The translations under genes were made by a program, and so were the position numbers. A DNA stretch of 47,257 bases, taken from positions 1-47,257 of IMG/VR virus record IMGVR_UViG_3300042199_000262. One strand, written 5' to 3'. Position 1 is the first letter of the stretch; each line of letters begins with the position of its first letter. This DNA is from a virus. Taxonomy: Duplodnaviria; Caudoviricetes. Shown in pieces: positions 44,758 to 47,257 of the stretch. Under the pieces are notes generated by a model that saw only the letters and a list, made by a program, of their open reading frames with translations, was not told where the DNA came from and made no database searches.

Positions 44758-46419
44758 TTAGTAACCTAAGCTAGTGTTACCTAAAGTACCAGTACTTCTA
44801 GCGAATGGTGTGAAGAGGTAGTTAGCCGTTGGACCAACGATTCTGATCATGCGATAGAATCTGTTGTATGGCTGAATCTGAACCTTACCATAGCGGGTGA
44901 GGATACCCTTTCTTGGCTGGAAGGTTTCAGGATCCGTAATTGTGGGTAGCTGTTGTAGTGGGATGTATGGGGCGTAGATGAATCCAGCGTCCATAGCATT
45001 TGAACCCTTATAGCCTACAAGGATTTCATCTTGTGGGAACATGGGGTCAACATAGAGATCGTAACGACCCATGAACTTGCCCTTGAACTGAATGCTGTTG
45101 GCACCCATGTTTGTTGGACCATCTTCGCGGGCGATACCCCCTTCTAGCTTGGCAGCACTTTCTAGAAGTGAAGCAACTAGTGGTGAAGTTAGTAGCCAGT
45201 TACCAGGACCACGCATTGTGGTACGGTAAATATCTTGTGCAGCAAGGTTAATAAGTGCTAACAAGTTTGCATAAACTTCACCAACGTGACGAGCATAGAA
45301 TGGAACTGTGCTCTGTGTAAAGTCTATAACAAAGACGTTAGATCCTGATGCACCTGTTACACCAGCTAATTCTTTATCAGTGGTAGTTCCTTGACCACCG
45401 TTAAAGTCGTAGGTAAACTGTTGAGGAATAAAGTCTACAACTCGTTCGTTGCTTTGGATACCAGGGAAAGATCCTAGGCTAACGTAATCATTATCCATTA
45501 GGTTTTGGTTAGCACCACCTAATGTACGACCACGGAAACCGTAAGCAATCATGCGAAGATCTTCGATGAGTTCACGGTCGATTTCAAGTTGAAGTTCCTT
45601 CGAGAGGAGTTCAGTTAGTTCACGCTCTAGATCGAGATTGTGATAAGCCTTGAGATCTTGCGAAGCCTCAAGAGTCCACAATGCACGCATCTTACGAGTG
45701 TTTGCTACAACTGCCTCTTGCTCGATGTGGAAGGTCATTTCAGGGATGCCCGTTCCAGTTAGACGCTCACCTGCTGATAGGGTATATCCATAAATTGCAC
45801 TTGTGTTAGGCCAAGCAGCAATTGAACCACCGAATGTACCTGAAGGAGCACCAGCACCCACTAATTGTGTAGAACCACTTAGAGTGTTTAGTACGTTCGA
45901 TACGTCGAAACCAGCACCAGCAGCAGCATCACCATCTAGACCTGGGCCGGATGCAGCAAATAATCCTGCCGCAGTTCTAAATGTACCTTGTATATTAGGT
46001 GCTGTATTACCAATAGCATCTTGTCGCTGTGAACCAATAGGCCAAGCAGCACCACCACGATAAGTTAGATTATACTTGCTATAAATGGTTTGACGAGTGC
46101 CACCAATAGCGCGAGTATTACCAATGTAGAAAACCTGTGAGACGGGTCCTTGCATTGGTTGAACACCAACGATCTTGTTAGCAATTAGGTCTGGATAAAC
46201 TCTACGAACTAGGGGGAAAGCGAACTTTTGGAAAACGCCAAGCTGACCAGTGGTGGTAGCGTTGGCAGTAACTTCATCAAGCCGCTCTTGAACAATCGAC
46301 TTTGCTTGGTTCTCAAGAAGTTGAGCCGTTACACGACGAGTGTAATCGTTTCCGATGCCCTCAAGGACAGGCTCCCACTTTTGGACAAGCGAATCATCTG
46401 TACGATGCATTAAATCCAT
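44758..46419 (-). CDS. Major capsid protein (gp23-like)
   Basis: KWEPVLEG, LLENQ, PLVRR, VGVQPM.GP, RKMRALWTLEASQDLKAYH, YAPYIPL, FQPRKGILTRYG. Confidence 0.96.
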   Translation of the reverse strand: MDLMHRTDDSLVQKWEPVLEGIGNDYTRRVTAQLLENQAKSIVQERLDEVTANATTTGQLGVFQKFAFPLVRRVYPDLIANKIVGVQPMQGPVSQVFYIGNTRAIGGTRQTIYSKYNLTYRGGAAWPIGSQRQDAIGNTAPNIQGTFRTAAGLFAASGPGLDGDAAAGAGFDVSNVLNTLSGSTQLVGAGAPSGTFGGSIAAWPNTSAIYGYTLSAGERLTGTGIPEMTFHIEQEAVVANTRKMRALWTLEASQDLKAYHNLDLERELTELLSKELQLEIDRELIEDLRMIAYGFRGRTLGGANQNLMDNDYVSLGSFPGIQSNERVVDFIPQQFTYDFNGGQGTTTDKELAGVTGASGSNVFVIDFTQSTVPFYARHVGEVYANLLALINLAAQDIYRTTMRGPGNWLLTSPLVASLLESAAKLEGGIAREDGPTNMGANSIQFKGKFMGRYDLYVDPMFPQDEILVGYKGSNAMDAGFIYAPYIPLQQLPTITDPETFQPRKGILTRYGKVQIQPYNRFYRMIRIVGPTANYLFTPFARSTGTLGNTSLGY

Positions 46420-46431
46420 AAATTAAATCCC

Positions 46432-47076
46432 TTATTTATTTTGGGAGAAGGGCATGAACTTCATGACCTCATCTGTTAAGAACGCATTTCTATTATGCGC
46501 TCTTTCTTCAGTGATAACCTTATCCGCTTTGGTTACAACAACAGCTTGTTCAGAGGACTTAAAAGCCTCATCCCGAGCAGCGACTAGATTCTCGACCTCT
46601 TCGAGAAGCTGTGCTTTTTGACCCTTGAGTTTCTCAACAGTACCCTCCGATAGGGATACTTTATCTTTGAGAACCTTAACAGTGCTTTGAAGTTTTTCAT
46701 TTTCAACGACAAGCTTGTTAACTTGTTCGGTTAAAACATCAAACTCTTCCTGAAGTTCACCATGTTGATTGGTCATTTCAGAAAGAGCATTATCTTCATC
46801 ACCACTGTTAAGTTCTAGAGCCATTAAAGTTCTTACCGATTCAAAGAGACGGGCATTACGGAATACTTCGTTCTCCTCACTTAGCTCAGTAAGAGCTTGT
46901 TCCTTAAGCTGATCTACTTTGGTTCTTAGATAGGCACTAACTTTTGCCTCAAGTAAACCAATCTTCTCTTCGACTTGCTCATTAATTGTAGCGTCTACTA
47001 ATTGAAAAATAGCTTCAACAGTAGACTGGTCAAGTCCTTCGGGAAGAATATCAGCAATATTCTTTAATTTATTCAT
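46432..47076 (-). CDS. Prohead core scaffold protein (gp22-like)
   Basis: Acidic coiled coil with KVSAYL and many L/I-x-E sites, directly upstream of the capsid gene; AGGAG SD. Confidence 0.75.
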   Translation of the reverse strand: MNKLKNIADILPEGLDQSTVEAIFQLVDATINEQVEEKIGLLEAKVSAYLRTKVDQLKEQALTELSEENEVFRNARLFESVRTLMALELNSGDEDNALSEMTNQHGELQEEFDVLTEQVNKLVVENEKLQSTVKVLKDKVSLSEGTVEKLKGQKAQLLEEVENLVAARDEAFKSSEQAVVVTKADKVITEERAHNRNAFLTDEVMKFMPFSQNK

Positions 47077-47156
47077 GAATAATCTCCTAGGTTAAATATA
47101 TCTATTAATGATTCTTTAAAAAAATAAATTTTTTTAAAAAATGTATGCGTTGTTTT

Positions 47157-47257
47157 TCAAGTCTTCTTAGGATTCTTAGGTTCTTGAGGTTTAGGTTCTT
47201 CAGGCTTAACAACCACTTGTTTTACTGGATGTTCTCTTTTCATATGAGAATGAGGAT
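47157..47257 (-). CDS. 3' end of an ORF entering from the right edge
   Basis: ...PHSHMKREHPVKQVVVKPEEPKPQEPKNPKKT*. Confidence 0.45.
   Translation of the reverse strand, partial: PHSHMKREHPVKQVVVKPEEPKPQEPKNPKKT

Noticed and set aside
47110-47145. A/T tract inverted repeat (TTTAAAAAAA...TTTTTTTAAA)
   Set aside because: Low-complexity intergenic DNA; may be an UP element but cannot be supported
1-47257. CRISPR array, integrase, IS element or reverse transcriptase/DGR
   Set aside because: No regularly spaced repeats or diagnostic motifs seen by eye; short or diverged repeats could have been missed

Overview
This is a 47 kb segment of a large, AT-rich, T4-like myovirus genome, with most genes on the minus strand. 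From left to right it contains: (1) a dCMP deaminase and a 7-tRNA cluster (Tyr, Lys, Arg, Leu, Asn, Ile-UAU, Gly), in which tRNA-Leu(UAA) is split by a 679-nt group I intron carrying an HNH endonuclease gene on the opposite strand; the cluster also holds a free-standing HNH gene and two structured non-coding spacers; (2) accessory genes including a single-module Clp ATPase, a 2OG-Fe(II) oxygenase, DUF932, UvsX/RecA, a second deaminase and MazG; (3) a ~12 kb glycosylation island with gmd, an fcl/colC-like reductase, a colD-like enzyme, 8 glycosyltransferases and 2 methyltransferases; (4) replication genes (gp32, UvsY, gp41, class II RNR, gp46/47, ThyX) with a family A DNA polymerase split into three overlapping ORFs and fused to a UDG-like domain, plus a gp55-like sigma factor and a resolvase; (5) virion genes (tube, sheath, PAAR-like, gp15/14/13, major capsid, scaffold). 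All calls come from reading motifs by eye; no database searches were run.
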